Below, piece by piece: positions 24,012 through 38,889 of a DNA stretch of 64,000 nt. The DNA lies in assembly GCA_050084515.1 (NCBI GenBank), contig CM114271.1, forward strand, positions 34,658,001 to 34,722,000. Direction: 5' to 3'. The stretch is from Blasia pusilla (lineage: Eukaryota). The notes under the pieces were generated by a model, which had not been told where the DNA came from, did no database searches, and saw nothing but the letters and a program-made list of their open reading frames with translations. The position numbers and the translations under genes were made by a program. Position 1 is the first letter of the stretch. Each line of letters begins with the position of its first letter.

Positions 24012-26390
24012 CAGTCGTGTGGAGCACGACCACCATCTAATATCTAAAAATTAAGCAACCATCAACAAAATACAACTTTCGATTCTCTAGCCCATTCCTT
24101 AATTTGGGAACAATTGCATTTTGGACTAACCCAATCAATTTTGACATAATTCTAGTTAGTTTTGCCCAATGTAATGCTTAGCACCCACAATACTCTTACC
24201 TCCCTGTGGGATTTGTTCGCTTCGCAACATTTCATGCAAACATAGGATTTTGGGGTTGCGTTTGTTTGAGGAGAGCAAAACTCCCCCCACCAAAATGGAC
24301 ACGGAAACCCAGATCGTCGTAGTTAGAACTATGGGAGTAGATATTCGGAAAAATTTAGGCAAAGTCGTGCCACATGATCGTGCACACAGTATTAATCGAG
24401 GAAGGTAAGATTATTACGGGCAAGAACACCTTACATTAGGATTTGTCTGTTTTCACAAGAAAATCCTGAATTTACTTCACGTGGGATGGATCTAGAAGGC
24501 AACACCATCTAGAATGTTAAATCCATGTCCAGTAACATGGATTCAACATTTAATATTTCCTTTCTTTTAAAAATTTAGAAATATATTTACGATGAATATG
24601 ATTTTAAGAAAATCTCAATGGCAGATAATCAGGTGCCTCGTTAGGATGTTGGAATGTCAACTCTAGTCTCTGAAATTCGGTGAGCTTGGTAAGCTTGGTC
24701 TTTCGTGGGATTCGGTCGGCTTACAGCCTTAGGGTCAAGGGTGAAGACATCATCACAAATCTCAATTCGCCTCAATTCAAACTAAGGCCAAAAACTAGAC
24801 TATAAATAGCGGCAGTTTCAAAAAAATTAAGAATCAAGAGACATGTCACCTCCAGCGAGCAGTCGGATTTACGCCCGTCCACTCAACGCTTACTAACATC
24901 AACCTACAACCCATGGCATCTTCGCCAGCCACATCTAATAGCCCACTCAGAAACCCATAGAACTAACTTTGCTTCTTCTCTGGTCCACTCTCTCTACTTC
25001 GACACTAAAGACATTGGAAGTAGCTCATGAAACCAACATACGGAACTTATCCTGTAATATAGGAGAACTGGACGAAGTGTATGAGATTAGAGTTCACAGC
25101 AGTGTTGCTTGTTGAGGTCAAGGAAACCAACCCCATGCACAGTAACACCCATGATAATGCTAAATGAGTCAGCTATGAAGTCGTTTAGGTCACACTTCAG
25201 GAAGAAACAAGAAGACACAAACTCTGAGGCAATAAGCCGCTAATACAGCACGGTCTGGTGTGTCTCACAGGGACAGTAAAATTCTAGATGCATGATGATT
25301 AAAAAGGCTTGTTATGGTCAAACAACTAATTTGACCTCTTAATTGGTACAGATTTTAGAATTAAGGATTCATAAAGATTAGAGCTCTACGAAAGAAGGCA
25401 GAAGGGAGGAAAAGTAGACGTTTAAAAAACTTAACTGAGAATCTTCAGACAGAATATGCTTGTTTTCTGAACTTTCGTTTGTGTGACAAATAACAAACCC
25501 TAACAAATGCATCATTTTTAATTCACGTTTACCTGACCCAAAACCCCACCCAGAGTAGCTTCATGCATCTGGCAATATCATCATAAGAAGGAACCAACGG
25601 ATGTGAGAAGAGTAGACAATATCCAAGTCACTAGCTATGGCCACACAAGAACCACCTTCTTGGAAAGGAAGAAGCAATCACCACTCACACCAACCGCCAC
25701 ACAACCATATTACATGGAAAATTAGGGAGGGATTCAAATCTCCATTGTACATACACACAGAGGGACAATCCAGCAGCCTGCCAGAAACTATCCACTGCAT
25801 TAGAAATAAACTAATACTACTTTTACCCGCTCATGTTGTCTGAATGCTTCCACAATGACACTGTCTTGCACTTAGCTCTTTTCAAGATTTGACGAATGAC
25901 ATTACCTATAAAAGAGACTTTTGTACCCTAGAAAAATGCTAAAAAGAATGATGGGCATTTTTCTCTCTGTTCAATTGCCAGTGCTCCATGTCAAAGGCCA
26001 CACTCACATGCACGTATATACCAGGTTTGCATGAATGAATACAAACAAAAGTTCTTCACACCAGCTTTTCTACTGATCTCCAATGAGCAACTCTGATCAC
26101 CAAACTAATTAAAAAGCTCAAGGCCCAAGAAGCCTGTACTGAATACTACTCCTCATCTTTACTGGAAAAGCTTCGCGCAGGTGATAGAACTAAAGTTTTA
26201 GATCCAAGCCTATTCTTGGAAAATTCTCAACATTTCTGGACTCTTCATTGCAGCGCTAATGAAATCTGTGCCAATACCCCAGGCCAACTTGCTAAGATGG
26301 TCCCTTCAAGTTAATCAAGCGGGCAATGAGGGGCTTACGACAAGCTGCACAACATTCATTTGAAATGCACGTGACCAAAGGTAGCTGTGA

Positions 26391-27766
26391 CTAGAAAAGA
26401 TTTCTTCTGAAAGATCGGGTTGTTGCTTGGTAAGTGCGAACAAGTAAACCAACACCAATGCCAACCCCTAAACACATACCCAAACCAATGCCAACACCAA
26501 CCCTAACACCTGCGTTGAACCAAGACAGTTCCCCATCATCGCTTTCAACATAACCATTGACATCTGTGCCATAGAAGCTGCCAATTCTGGCTAAGGCTTT
26601 GTCAGTCAGGTCCGAATAGCTTCGCTGCTCTGATGGCACCTGCGATAAGAGGAAAATATTCAAGAAAGGTACGCCCCCGATACATTTGATTTGACAGGCA
26701 ATTTGGAACAAGCGAAGAGCACGATACACACCATCCAAAATGATATGCAAGAATTATGCATGACGTACATAGACTTCCTCGTACTCTATTCCTTAGATAT
26801 ACCAAGTTCAACGCATTATCTGAATTTCCCGTTTGGACCACATTTTGCCTAAGGCCACTAGCTCCAGAATACACTGGGATGCCCCTAAGTGGAACATGCA
26901 TAGGACACGCACGTTTATCCATGTCACTACGACAGTAAACCCTACGTGCACAAGAAAACTGGCTGACCCAATTTTCTATGGATCCACCATAGTTAACAAG
27001 GACCAGTGCTTACCTGCTCGGTTTGCCCCGCAAGCAAAAGATCATTCGGCACTCTTTCTCCTTCGTCTCCTTCAACTATAGCATCAAGGGTATTCCGTCT
27101 AATGAGTTTTCTCCGTACAGTTAACTGCACGGTCTCGGTCAAAATCACAGGAGATCCGGAGTAGCGACCGACCACGCAGACCTCCATCGTGGGAAGACTT
27201 AGAACACTAGTCGAAAATTCCGTCCTTCCTTTAAAAAAAGAGCACCCTGGGGATGTAATCGCACATGTCATATCCATCTTCCAGCCTAATTTTATGCTTT
27301 TGGAGAGAGTGCTCACTGACTTGTCGTTATCAATGTCTTGTGCATCCGTCGAGGGATCCGATCGTTCAAGATTGCCACAAAGGAGCAGTAGCTCTTTATC
27401 ATAAACCTCGAAGTAAATACTGCCACTGGCTCTGAGGTTGTCAGTGCTCACGTACGTTGCTTCGGCAGACTCTGTGTCCATCCGATCTCTTCGTAACGTC
27501 AATTTCAACTCCTCGGAAGGCGAAATTCTTCCACCATTAGCCTCCAGAGCAGTAGAGATGTCTCTGGAAGGAAAACGCATAGACAAAACCTCAGGAGCAT
27601 CGTCGAGAGAACAAGATGCGACTCTCACGTACATGACTCTCACATCGAACCAAGAAGGAACTGGCGAGGGTGCACCGAAGCGGTAGTAATCTGCGGGGAA
27701 TCCATTCCTCATATGACCGGCTGCTTTGTCTCCTCCGGCCCGAGGACTGCTTAATCCCTCATTCAT
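26391..27766 (-). CDS. At1g01500/At1g19400-like uncharacterised plant protein, 2 coding exons: 27766-27014, 26639-26391; ~333 aa
   Basis: Family motifs SWFDVRVMYVRV, TLRRDRMD-ESAEATYVSTDNLR, EVCVVGRYSGSPVILTETVQL and C-terminal GELSWFNAGVRVGVGIGLGMCLGVGIGVGLLVRTYQATTR. Phase-0 GT-AG intron 27013-26640. Confidence 0.9.
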
Positions 27767-29852
27767 TCTTCGTTCACCGGCACGACAGCAATATGAAGGT
27801 CTACAAACCCACTTCCCACGTTCCCGGGTGCCAAGCCAACCTTCAAGAGGTATTTCCGAGGTGGTTGTCTTCCTGTGATCCCCTGTCTGTTGGAGGATTA
27901 TTCTTGATAATTCCTGCATACAATGGCTCCTCGCCGTTCCAGCCCAAGCCAATTGGTTCCTCAATAGATCTCCTCGCGACGAAGGCTACAACTGACCTCT
28001 CAGGCTCCCCACCTTCCCTCATCCTTTTCTCCAAAAAACTCCTCGGAACCCGAACAACACCTGCATGTTTTATTAATTAGAAAGCCTTCAAGAGACCATC
28101 ACTTCGCGTCCTGACCCTAGGCCTTCCATCTCCATGAACCACTCACTCCCGCCGCAACACCCGTCCTATTCCCATGAACAGCCTTCAACCAATTCTTTCA
28201 CAGAATCTACCACTCTACAAGAAAAATTGCCACGCACTTCACCAAAGAGTTAAACAAACCTGGCGTTCTCCACAAATCAGCGCAAACAATCAAAGACAGT
28301 CGCCTCCTCACCAGACATGCACAGACCAGCAGGTACCACAGGAGCAGCGAAATCTCACCCCGACGCGGGTGCATTAAAGGCGCTGGAATCCATAAACATC
28401 CATATCTGTCACACAGACCCGGATCTTGAAGCAAACAAACGTCTCCTAAATGGCTGGCGCAGACAGACAAACATACAGGCGGTAGAGCGATACTCTTCCC
28501 GCAGAGTCTACAAGTCACCAACGAAAGCCGAACCCAGGCAAGGATAAACTTAGGCAGCAGGGGTATGTGCCGACGGGAAAACCCTACAGTTCCGAGCATG
28601 ACTTCCCGGCAACAGGGGCCGTCGGCGCGTGGACGGCACGTTTCTTTCTTTCCACGACGGAGACGGAGACGCAGGCAAGCAGAGATCGGGATAAGATGGT
28701 CGACGGATACGGCCAGTTGTTCGCGGCATCATCCGCTACCTGCCGTCTGATACGTGAATCGACGCGCCACACGCCTTCTGGATAACGGTAGTAATCAAAG
28801 GACTTGCCATATAGGCAGCCTCCACCGCCCCGCAGCGTGGGCGAGAAAATGACTTAAAAATGAGTTTAAAAAAAACAAAAACGAGTTCAGCTTCACGGAC
28901 TAATTTAAGTCACACCTTCAATCTTGCGCTGCTTGGTCTCCAGGGTGGGGTCGCGCTCTTTTATAAGGGTGGGTTGTTGTCACGTAGCTCTCGTACCGCC
29001 TCCACCCCAATTTGTTTAGTAGTAAGAGCTTGGCTAAGTAAATTTTACCATTTTAAAAAGAGAGTTGAAAGAAGAACATTTCTATTACTTGGATTGGAGT
29101 GAAGAGACTAATATGACGCACACAAATTCAAAGTTTATCTCTTGCTTATCGTATTATGAAAAATATTTCTTTCCACATGTCAAATTTAGAAGTGTTTGCA
29201 AATAAGAAGGCATTCTCTAATAATAATATTATATTATATTAATATACTGCCCGTGCTATGTACGATTGAAAGGGCACATCACCCGTTAAGCCACCTGTTA
29301 TGCCTAAATTTGTTAAGTCACATGTTAAACATTACACAAGTCAGCACTAGAGGAGGCCAAAATGAACACGAGTCACCACCGATGGAAGGGATCCTAAAAC
29401 CCCATCCTCTTTTAATTATATAGATATATTCGTGGAGAGTATCTTTTTATTTTGAAAATTTTCTTCTCTTGGCACCTAATAATTTCAACCTACAGGATTG
29501 CTCGCCTTTTGAATCAAAAGGATTCCTCAAAATTGAGTTAAAATGGCATGTGAGAATTAATAACGAGAGGTAATTCAAACTCATGCATGGCACGGACTTA
29601 CGCTAGTAGTTATCAAACCACTATGCATCCTTTTGAGAGGGATACCGGTGGAGAGAAAGTAATTATCAAACATGTGTAGGATAGGCTAGATAGAGAAAAG
29701 AAAAACAAAGAGAACTTGTAAGGGCCTTCAAAAATATTTCACTCTATAAAATTTCAATGAGAAAGCAAAACATTTAATCTTTTTTGAGTTAAAATTTATG
29801 TTTTGATATGTATGACCATACGAATGTAAGATTTCAAAATTAATTTTAAAAA

Positions 29853-30064
29853 TCTATATTATTATGGGAGCGTGCCTTTTTGATTTGCAAACACCTCTTT
29901 GCTTGACACGTGGCAACTGGGCAACAAGAAAATGTTTCACATGTTACGCGCAATAAAAAAAATTGAATTCACGTGCAACATCATAAATCTCTTCCCGTCA
30001 CAGACTATACACTTGCTCTTCAAACAGTTTTTATTTCCCGTGCATCATACGGGCACTTTACTAG
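29853..30064 (+). mobile_element. Short non-autonomous Helitron
   Basis: A|TCTATATT start. Subterminal hairpin CCCGTG-CATCA-TACGGG (30037-30053), then CTAG|T. Related 3' ends (..GCACGGACTT..CTAGT) lie at ~29604 and ~30247. Confidence 0.7.
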
Positions 30065-30960
30065 TATATCATTATGGGAGAGTGCCTTCTTGATTTTACA
30101 AACTCTTCCCCTCTTGACATTTGGCAATTACAGCCAATACAATCGCTTGCCTTTTGAACCAATAGGATTTTTCAAAATTGATTTGAAATGACACTCGAGA
30201 ATTATGGGAGGTAATTCAAACCCATGCGCTGCACGGACTTCCACTAGTAGTTATTAAACCAATGTGTTACTTTTTGAGAGGGGTGGAGACAAAGTAATTG
30301 TCAAACATATGTAGAATAGGCTAGATGGAGAGAAAGAAAAACAATGAGAATTTGTAAGGATCGTAAAAAACATTTCATTATAGAAAATTTCAATCAAATG
30401 AGAAAGGAAAGCATTTCATATTTTTTAAACTTAAAATTTAGATTTTGATATGTATGACCATCCAAATGTAAGATTTAAAACATAATTTTAAAAATAGTAG
30501 TGATGTATCCATGCCATTGTAGAAATATTATTAAATATTTTTGCTATTTTAGAAAAGTGAAAACAAGAAAATATTTTTAAACAAGAAAGAAGAGATATCT
30601 TTGATCTCCCATAAACATACATATTATCTCAATCTATCTATCTATATTATTAGTAATAGTTTTCTTTCCATATGATGAGCTAGACAAGAGGGATCTTCTA
30701 TAGCCCTTCTATGAGGGTTAGTCCATCTTTATCCTTCTAGTCCTTGTATACATCTCCCCTCCTCCCCTACCCTAGCCTTCTCTTTTTGGGGGAATGGATG
30801 GAGGAAGGTTAATATCTTCCTCTTCCCCTATCTCATCTCCTTTTTTCCTATGAAATTTTATTCCATGTTGCTCCTCCCATCTCTCATTGAAAATTGATAT
30901 TTTTTTGAATTGGTTATGAAACTCCTATTGCAAACTTATCCCTTTCTCTTTTCACACCTC

Positions 30961-31465
30961 ATTGAGAGCTCATTCTCTCTTTGTTGAATCCTCTCACCAT
31001 GAGAGTGATTTTGGTTTAGAGAGAAAGACCATGGCGACAACGTCAACTGCCCATTACGCTGACTTGATAGACAATCGTCATTGACCACGTCTGTTCTCAT
31101 CGACCTTGGCTGGCCATATCTACTCGGCTATCGCGCACACTGTATACTGAAGGCTTGCCACAAACAATTCAACCCCACATATATACTTGCCCATCCACAC
31201 CTTGCAGCCATCTTTGTAGCTTGCTACAATGCCACCCAACCCGCCAGGCGCCACTTCCCACTCACTGACAAGCAAGTTCTACACATACATCTGCCCTACT
31301 TCCATCCATTGTCTACTCAGCCTTAGCCTATTTTGTTCAATTGGAGATATTCTGGTAACAACTCCCCTCTATGTTTGTGATTGGTAGATGATTGAGTCAG
31401 TCTAGTGTTTGTGTGTTTGATTAGTGACATCAATGTACATTAGGTAGCAATGTGTATGCACACGA
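30961..31465 (+). mobile_element. Diverged remnant related to the A/B repeats of the methyltransferase retroelement
   Basis: 30961-31000 (TTGAGAGCTCATTCTCTCTTTGTTGAA) resembles part of A. 31340-31465 (ATTGGAGATATTCTGG...GTAGCAATGTGTATGCACACGA) resembles B. Confidence 0.6.
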
Positions 31466-33791
31466 AATTTCCCTTCTTTTAATAAAAAATGAAATCTTAT
31501 TGCATGAATGATTATGAAGCCCAAGACACATATCGTTATGTAAACCCTTAAGAGTGTGTCAAGTATATCATATGCTAATAGAAATCATATAATAAACTTG
31601 ATGAAGGGATATAACAATTTTCTATGTAACAAAAGTTCCTTCTAGAAGAGGTGAATTCTTTTCCCAATGAGAAACTTTAATGCAAATCTTTTTTATTTCC
31701 TATAGAAAGGAAATAACCAAGAACTAAATGTAACTAAGTACAATGGAACACTCAATATTTCATTATATTAGAATTGAAATGAGATTGATGAATGAATTTA
31801 TTAATATGAGAAAATTCCTGAGTGAAGACTCATAACAAGATGAATAGGATTTTCTTTTCTTTTCATGAGTCAAAATATTTTGAAGATAGATTTTAAAGAA
31901 AATCAAATGTTTTTCTAAAAATAACAAGGTATCTATATGTTAAAATCTTATACTAATGGGACACATATGGATCACACATGCTTTCTTTGTTACTACCATT
32001 GATTGAGGAATGGGGGGATTTCTACTTTGTGAGGATAAATTGATGAGGTACCTTCTACTACCTTTTTTTGGAGAAAGAAGAAGTGGAAGGGATGTGGGCG
32101 AGGATGTGGGTAGGGATTTTTTAAATCTAATTAAGACAATATTTACACTTTAGTGCCTAAGAAGGGGATGAAAGGAGGGAGGAGAATTTTTTTTCTAAAA
32201 TAAGGAAGGTGAAGGGGATTCTTACATAAGGAGATTTATTTATTTATTTAAAACAATGCGGTGGAAGTGAAGGGTTTTCCAATAGAAAAGTGGAGGCATA
32301 AAGAAGATGGCAAAAAGTAGAGTTTAAAATAAAGAGGATAATTGCGTGAATGATGTGAAAGGGAATTGAGGTTTTTTCAATGATGATATATATTATTATG
32401 GGCAAATGAATATATAATCTTAAAGATTTAGAATGATTTTACAAATTGATACTTAAGAAGGGATTAAAGTGGGAGGATTGAAATTTTTATTCTACTTTTC
32501 CAAATTGAAAAGATAGGGATGTGGGACCCTCTAAATGAATAGGCAGAAACAGGGCATTAATTAAAGAAGAAGGTAGTTTAAAAAGGAAGAGGAAGTATAT
32601 GATTGTAAGAAAAAAAAAAAAAGGTTGGGATTCTCTTTTAGTCAACTACTTATTTATTTTATAAACGAAATAAGACAAGTCACTAAGTTATATGTGGCTA
32701 AGTTATATGTGGTTGTACATGAATGAAACATATAATACTTTCATTTATATTTTAATCAAAGTAAGGTGAAGCCTCATAATAATAAAGAATGATAAAAGAT
32801 CTCTTGTCTTTTATAGATTTGTGAATGTTTTTAGAATATATTTGTTATAAAATCATATCCTTTAAAAATGGATCTAAGAAAATATCAATAACTGAAAAAA
32901 AAAATACTTTAAATTTTTATTTTTTAAAGTTTCCATAGGACATTAGTTCATCATAAAAGAATTTTTATTAGGATAATAGATGATGTTATCGTATATTCCA
33001 TTTTTACTCCTCTTTGTTTTAGAATCCCCTTCCTTGCCTATGTTTCTTCATTTACAAAAATTCCCATCATGCCTCTTTATTTTGAGGAAAAACAAATCCT
33101 AACTCCCACCTTCCCTACTTTGGAGAAACTTTCATCCTCCACGCTTGCATATACGCGCTCTACTTCCTTCCTTTCCTATCTATCTATCTATTCTATCAAC
33201 AAAAGATGTCTCCTTGCTTACATGAGTTGATTGGATGACACGCGTTTAAATCTTGAAAATAAATCTTCTGCTTTAGAACACCTTGAATTTATTTTATCTT
33301 ATACTAAGATAAAAAAAACTAGTTTGGGTTTTAAGAATTAGCTTCTTATTTTTTATTTTTAAATAAAATAAAATTCCTTTTCTTCATTAAAATTTCTAAG
33401 TCTCCCTCATGTTTCCAATATTTTAATTTGAAATTTTTTAAATAATTTCCAAATTTGAAATTTTAGAAGGAAGAATAAGTAGGTATCTTAAATTTTAATT
33501 TGCAAAAGGTTTGACCTCTTACAAAAATTTCCAATATTTATGAAATATTCCTAAGTCTCAGTAATACTTTGGAAAAAAAATGAAATAGGATAATAAGAGC
33601 TTGGTGGGACTATAATTCTTCTTCAAAAGGATGAAAATGATTTCCTTCTTCCATTATTTTAAATTTTCAAGTCTAGTCGGGAGGAAATTTCAACTTTCTT
33701 TTTGAAGAAAAAGAAATTTTTTTCTTAACGAAGAGATGGAATTGGGGAAAAAAATGATTACTTAATTTTCCCCAATTATTAAGTGATCCTA

Positions 33792-34007
33792 TCTATCTAT
33801 ACTATTAATCCAAAGTGCATATACCATGCACTAAAGGAGAAAACTCTCAACATACTAACAAATTCACTTTCTTTCACTCTTGCATTTGAAACGAAAGTTA
33901 AGGTGAGGGAGGTAGTAGTAGTAGGTAATTAAAAAGTGTTATCCACTACTCTAGAATTTAACTACCACTCGAGGAATTAATCCGTGCATAATATCGGCAT
34001 ATCCTAG
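33792..34007 (+). mobile_element. Probable short non-autonomous Helitron
   Basis: TCTATCTATACTATT start and CCGTGCATAATATCGG...CCTAG|T end. Confidence 0.45.
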
Positions 34008-34499
34008 TCTTTACTATTTTTATGTCATCTTTTTGGATGTCAAACTGTAAAAATTCAACAAGTATCCAATAACTTCATATTATGATTCTCCATGTTGGAT
34101 TCTAAGAGTTCCATCCATATTACTATCCCAAGTAGGGACTTGCAACGTACCCATAGGATTGTGAATAGGACTCGCACTTTGCAGCTTAACATATCTCTAA
34201 AGTTTTGTTTTATTACACTTGCACTATATTCGTAATGACTAAGAGTTGACTCACAATGGAGCCGCAATGAGCTCGCATTCATGATACTGATTCGTAAGTA
34301 TGACTTGCCATTCAACCGTAATACGAGTGTAAATTATTATTTTCCTAAATACGAGAACTTCCAAAATTTTCTATTTCTTTTTTAATTCTACAAAATTTTA
34401 GTTTTCATATTTTTTACCCAAATTTTTTTTTGAATGGAATTTTAGTGTACACCGACAACACTGGGGGATCAAACCACAAGAATGAGTATGATGACGAGC

Positions 34500-35490
34500 A
34501 TGCTAGGAGGTAACTGATGAGTTCCCCAATGATGACATGGAGGATTTCCTCCACAACTATTTCTCCAACCCCAAGGCCAATGCGCCAAACAAACATTTGG
34601 TTGAGGATGAGTGAATTCTATTATAATACGACTCGCAAACTTCTCATATGGCTAGTATCTTGCTTCTTCTGAACTTACAAGAGAAATATGTGTTTTGATT
34701 GTGTACATGGACGTGTTGCTCCACCTACTTCATGATAGCTTGCTATGAGAGGGGAGCACTTCCCCTAATTCTAAATTAGCTATCCAACAACTATTGAGCC
34801 TATATGGGACTAGACAACAAGATTATACGTGGATGATCTTGCGACTAGTTCGTGGGCATAGATCATCCTTAAGGTTTTTCCCACATTATCGAGCCAAACA
34901 TTACTGTAAAGACAAGCAATTGCGATTTCTCTATCCATAATGTACATGCTTTATATTATTCGATGACATTATGTCAGAGAGGACATGGAAAATTACTCTC
35001 CATTGGAACTTGAAATTATGGAGAGAGTTATTGATCCTCTTACCAACTCTCAATCATTCACTCAACCATGAGGGAATGGTCAACATTTTTAGATCAAGAC
35101 ACTGGACGAGTGATGCACACAGAATCAAGAGGTTGGAATATGTTGCACTTTTGAGCAAGAGTTGCAAGCATCCAGACATGACACAAATATTCTCAAAGAG
35201 GATCCCAAATTTTTTAGTGCCAGATGAGGTATTAGAGTTGGACTTTTGCACCTTCCAAGTGATTGCCTTGTTGTGCTCATGGTATTGCACACTCCTTTGG
35301 AGTCCAACACCCTCCATCATTATGAATAATAATGGTGTATTTAGGGGTGATATGCAATTCCACATATAGGATGACAGATAGAGTGATGAACCATTCAACT
35401 TTCCCTTACAAGTGGAGCAATGTTTCTACATCGATCACTTGTCCTTTCACGAATGGAAGTATATTGTGAGACACATTCTTAAGAGTAGAT
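34500..35490 (+). pseudogene. CACTA/En-Spm transposase (TnpD, DUF4216-like region) remnant
   Basis: VLELDFCTFQVIALLCSWY and DEPFNFPLQVEQCFYIDHLSFHEWKYIV resemble the conserved TnpD C-terminal region. Disrupted; start approximate. Confidence 0.7.
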
Positions 35491-36869
35491 AAAATTTCCA
35501 AAAAGCGCATTTTGAATGTCATGATAAACATGATGCACATCTACAATTCATGAAATTCCTAATGTATCACACAATTGTACAATCCTGATCTATTTTACCA
35601 TAGATGAGACGGTCTAATTTCCTCCAGCGGTGCTAATGTGCTTCCTCAAAGATTGAGTCAATCATGAACTCTTACGGTCATTCAACACATTGCTCAACAC
35701 AATACTCCTCAAAGGGTTTAGGCTCTTCAGTATCATGCACGTACTTAATCCTTTTGAACTTTTTCTTGTGCTCATGGGTTTCAATGTTCCAACCTAGGCT
35801 TGCTATCAAAGGCAACCCCATATCCATATGTTGAGTGGTCCTTTGATGTTTTAGGAGATACTTTGACCAAACCCCTATCTTCATTTTCACAATGCACAAG
35901 CAGACACTAACCTCTATTACCTCTCGCCACATGAACCCACAAAAACATAAACTCTTGCAGCTCGTTAATCTCCTAGCTGGCTACATCCCTCTTCAAGGCC
36001 CTCCCCATCTCCCTAGTCAGTAAGTAGTATCACAAGCATGAAATGAGGACCTCATGCCTATCGTACTACCTTTATAAGAAAAAAAATATGACTTTGCAAA
36101 TTGGCGACTCCTAGAAGCCCTTTGCAAGTCCATTGTGAATCCACTAGAAGCCCTCATAGTCACAACGTGCGAGTCTGAGCGGCCGTTGATTGTAAGCCCA
36201 TTATTTCTAACTTATTTCTAGCTAAAAATAAAAATCAAAGATGTATAAGTTAGAAATTATTGGGCTATAAGAGATGATACAATAATTTCTAACTTATAAA
36301 TCTTTGATTTTTATTTTTCCCCACCCTAACCAAATCTTAGATCCAAGATTTTTTCTCATTTTTTAATACAAATAATAATATTTTTATGCATCTTGATTTT
36401 AATTAATTTGGTTATATTTATATTTATATATGAAAAAGAGAGAGAGAGAAATAGGGTTATAGATTTAGGGAAAAATCTTAAAAAGAATTTGTGGGAGGGA
36501 CCAAAGATTAGGAATCTTTGAAAGAGATAAAAGTGAATACACCCAATCAAAGTCCCTTTCCTCTAAGATTCAAATTTCTTTTATGTGTGAGAGGGACATG
36601 TGTCAAAAGAAAGAATGGTTTGAAAATGTCAAACCCCATCCTCTAATAATAATAATGGAGATAAAACTGAAAATTCTGTGGCAACTGGAATGTGTGACAA
36701 ATATAGAAAGTGTTAAAGATTTTATGTGGATTATCCATTTTTAGACTTCCCATTCATGTAGAGTGTTGTGAGGCTAGTGTTTGAGATTACCACCTCCTCA
36801 CACACTTTTCTTTTTCTTCTATTGTGCGGTTGAGAAGCTATTCAAAATTATTTTATCTTACAGATTGAA

Positions 36870-37186
36870 CATGGTTGCATAAATACGGACAAGTCCTTCC
36901 TTAGGACGGACATGAACGGACAAGTCTAGACATGTCCACGGACATGGGTTCCACACTTTTAGTCCATGATGGAAGGCAAGGCAAGGATGAGAGGAGCAAT
37001 AAGGGAGGAGGGAGTGGAGGTGGAGGGAGGAAGAAATGGGGGAGTATGGAACACAAAGGCAAGTAAGGCGAATGAGAAAGAAGGGAAAGGTGAGACCCAT
37101 TTGGACAAGTCCATTCCATAGGACGGACATAAGTCCACGGACATAGACATGTCCATGGATACGAACTTTATCCACATGCAACATTG
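36870..37186 (-). mobile_element. hAT-type MITE (second copy)
   Basis: TIRs CATGGTTGCAT / ATGCAACATTG. It is the reverse complement of 52615-52944. Degenerate 8-bp TSD AGATTGAA / AGTTTGAG. Confidence 0.8.
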
Positions 37187-37640
37187 AGTTTGAGGCTATA
37201 TTCAAGTGCTAAAGAAAGACTTTTACTCTATTCCCCTTATAAATGGAAGTGTGTTTAATAATGTGTGGTATTCTCTTACACCACATAAGGTAAGTAGACA
37301 TCACTTTCAATGTATGCTATTATGAGAGATTTTATTTTAGGAAAATATGTGTACCCACCTCTTTGACATATGTCCTCTCGAGACTTCTTTCTTTTAGAGA
37401 TTTTTTTTTCTATTTATAATAGAATAAGAGGCTTTCATTTTGGTTTTTCAACACCTTATGAGCATGACACTCCAATATACAATGTGTTTAAGATTATTCA
37501 ACCTAAATAATGTCTATTGGATATGAATTATGAATTTAATTAGCATGCATTGTAAAAGGGTCTTATTGGTATTATTTGTTCCATGGAAGTCTTCTGAATA
37601 AAAAAATTTAGAAGGCCCTTACATAGTTATTCAATCCTTC

Positions 37641-37642
<2 letters not shown>

Positions 37643-37727
<85 letters not shown>
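37643..37727. repeat. (GA)n microsatellite, ~42 units
   Basis: Uninterrupted GA run. Confidence 0.98.
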
Positions 37728-37731
<4 letters not shown>

Positions 37732-38889
37732 GATCCATCTTGTTTCTATTTTTTGTTGTCTATATCGTGCACAAAGTTATCACTACATAATCTACATCAC
37801 TAGTTATACCCACACTATACATAGTGTCAATCGTCCTACCATATGGAAAGAATCTTACACACATATGTACATCAAGACAAAAAATATAATGGTATCTCAA
37901 CATTTGAGCAATGTCTTTCTAAATGTTTTTAATACTTATCGATTATTGAATATCCCAACTCTAAATCATTGATCGACCAATAATATAATGGTATTTTCAA
38001 CAGTGGAAGATTGCCTTTCAAACTTTTATTCCAACACTCGTCCATGACAAAATATCCTAACACTAAATAAAAAATCAACCAATAATGTTATTTCCAACAC
38101 TACTATAGTGTCAATTCAACATATTTTTGCCATTGGACTATTTTTTAAAGGGATCTTGTGAGATCCAATAAAATAATCACACTCAAACCATTTTTTATTT
38201 TTAAGGTGTTTAATTTGAAACCCTAATACTAATACAAGTTAAATGCAATTAATATGCATATTATTCTAAATTTGTTGTGAGTTAAATTACCAAACAAGGA
38301 AAGATAAGGTATGCGATAGATCTCACCAATGTATTTTGCTTTGGTGGACAAATAAACTTAGTCTAGCATCATCATATATCCTACATCATCAAAATTCACA
38401 AGACCTATAATAAATGAAAAAACAATGATATGTAAAAGTATATCGATAGAAAATTATATTTCTTTCAAGGACGAAAAATATTAGATACTCACAATAATTT
38501 TAAAAAATACTTATATCAATGATATGAGTACAATTTTTTTAAGATTACCTAAAAGCTCAAAAAATCTTGAAATTTTGGGAAATCCTAATTTTGATTATAC
38601 CCTAGTTTATAATTTGGACGTGTTTAAGAAAAATTGGTCATTCTCTTGAAAATTTTGGATTGTATAAATTTACGTAGGGATGTTACTTGTCTTAGTCACT
38701 ATATATATATGGAGCAAGGAGTAATAAATTTCAATGTCACGAGTTATGATATTCCTTCTAATATCTTCATGTTTGCAAATGAATAGTTTACAATCTACAA
38801 GTTTAGTTAGTTTATTGGAAGGTCTATTTTCATAGGGTTTTGGCAAGGCAAGCTCCCGCCTTGATTTATTTCCCATAGAAGAAGTAATC

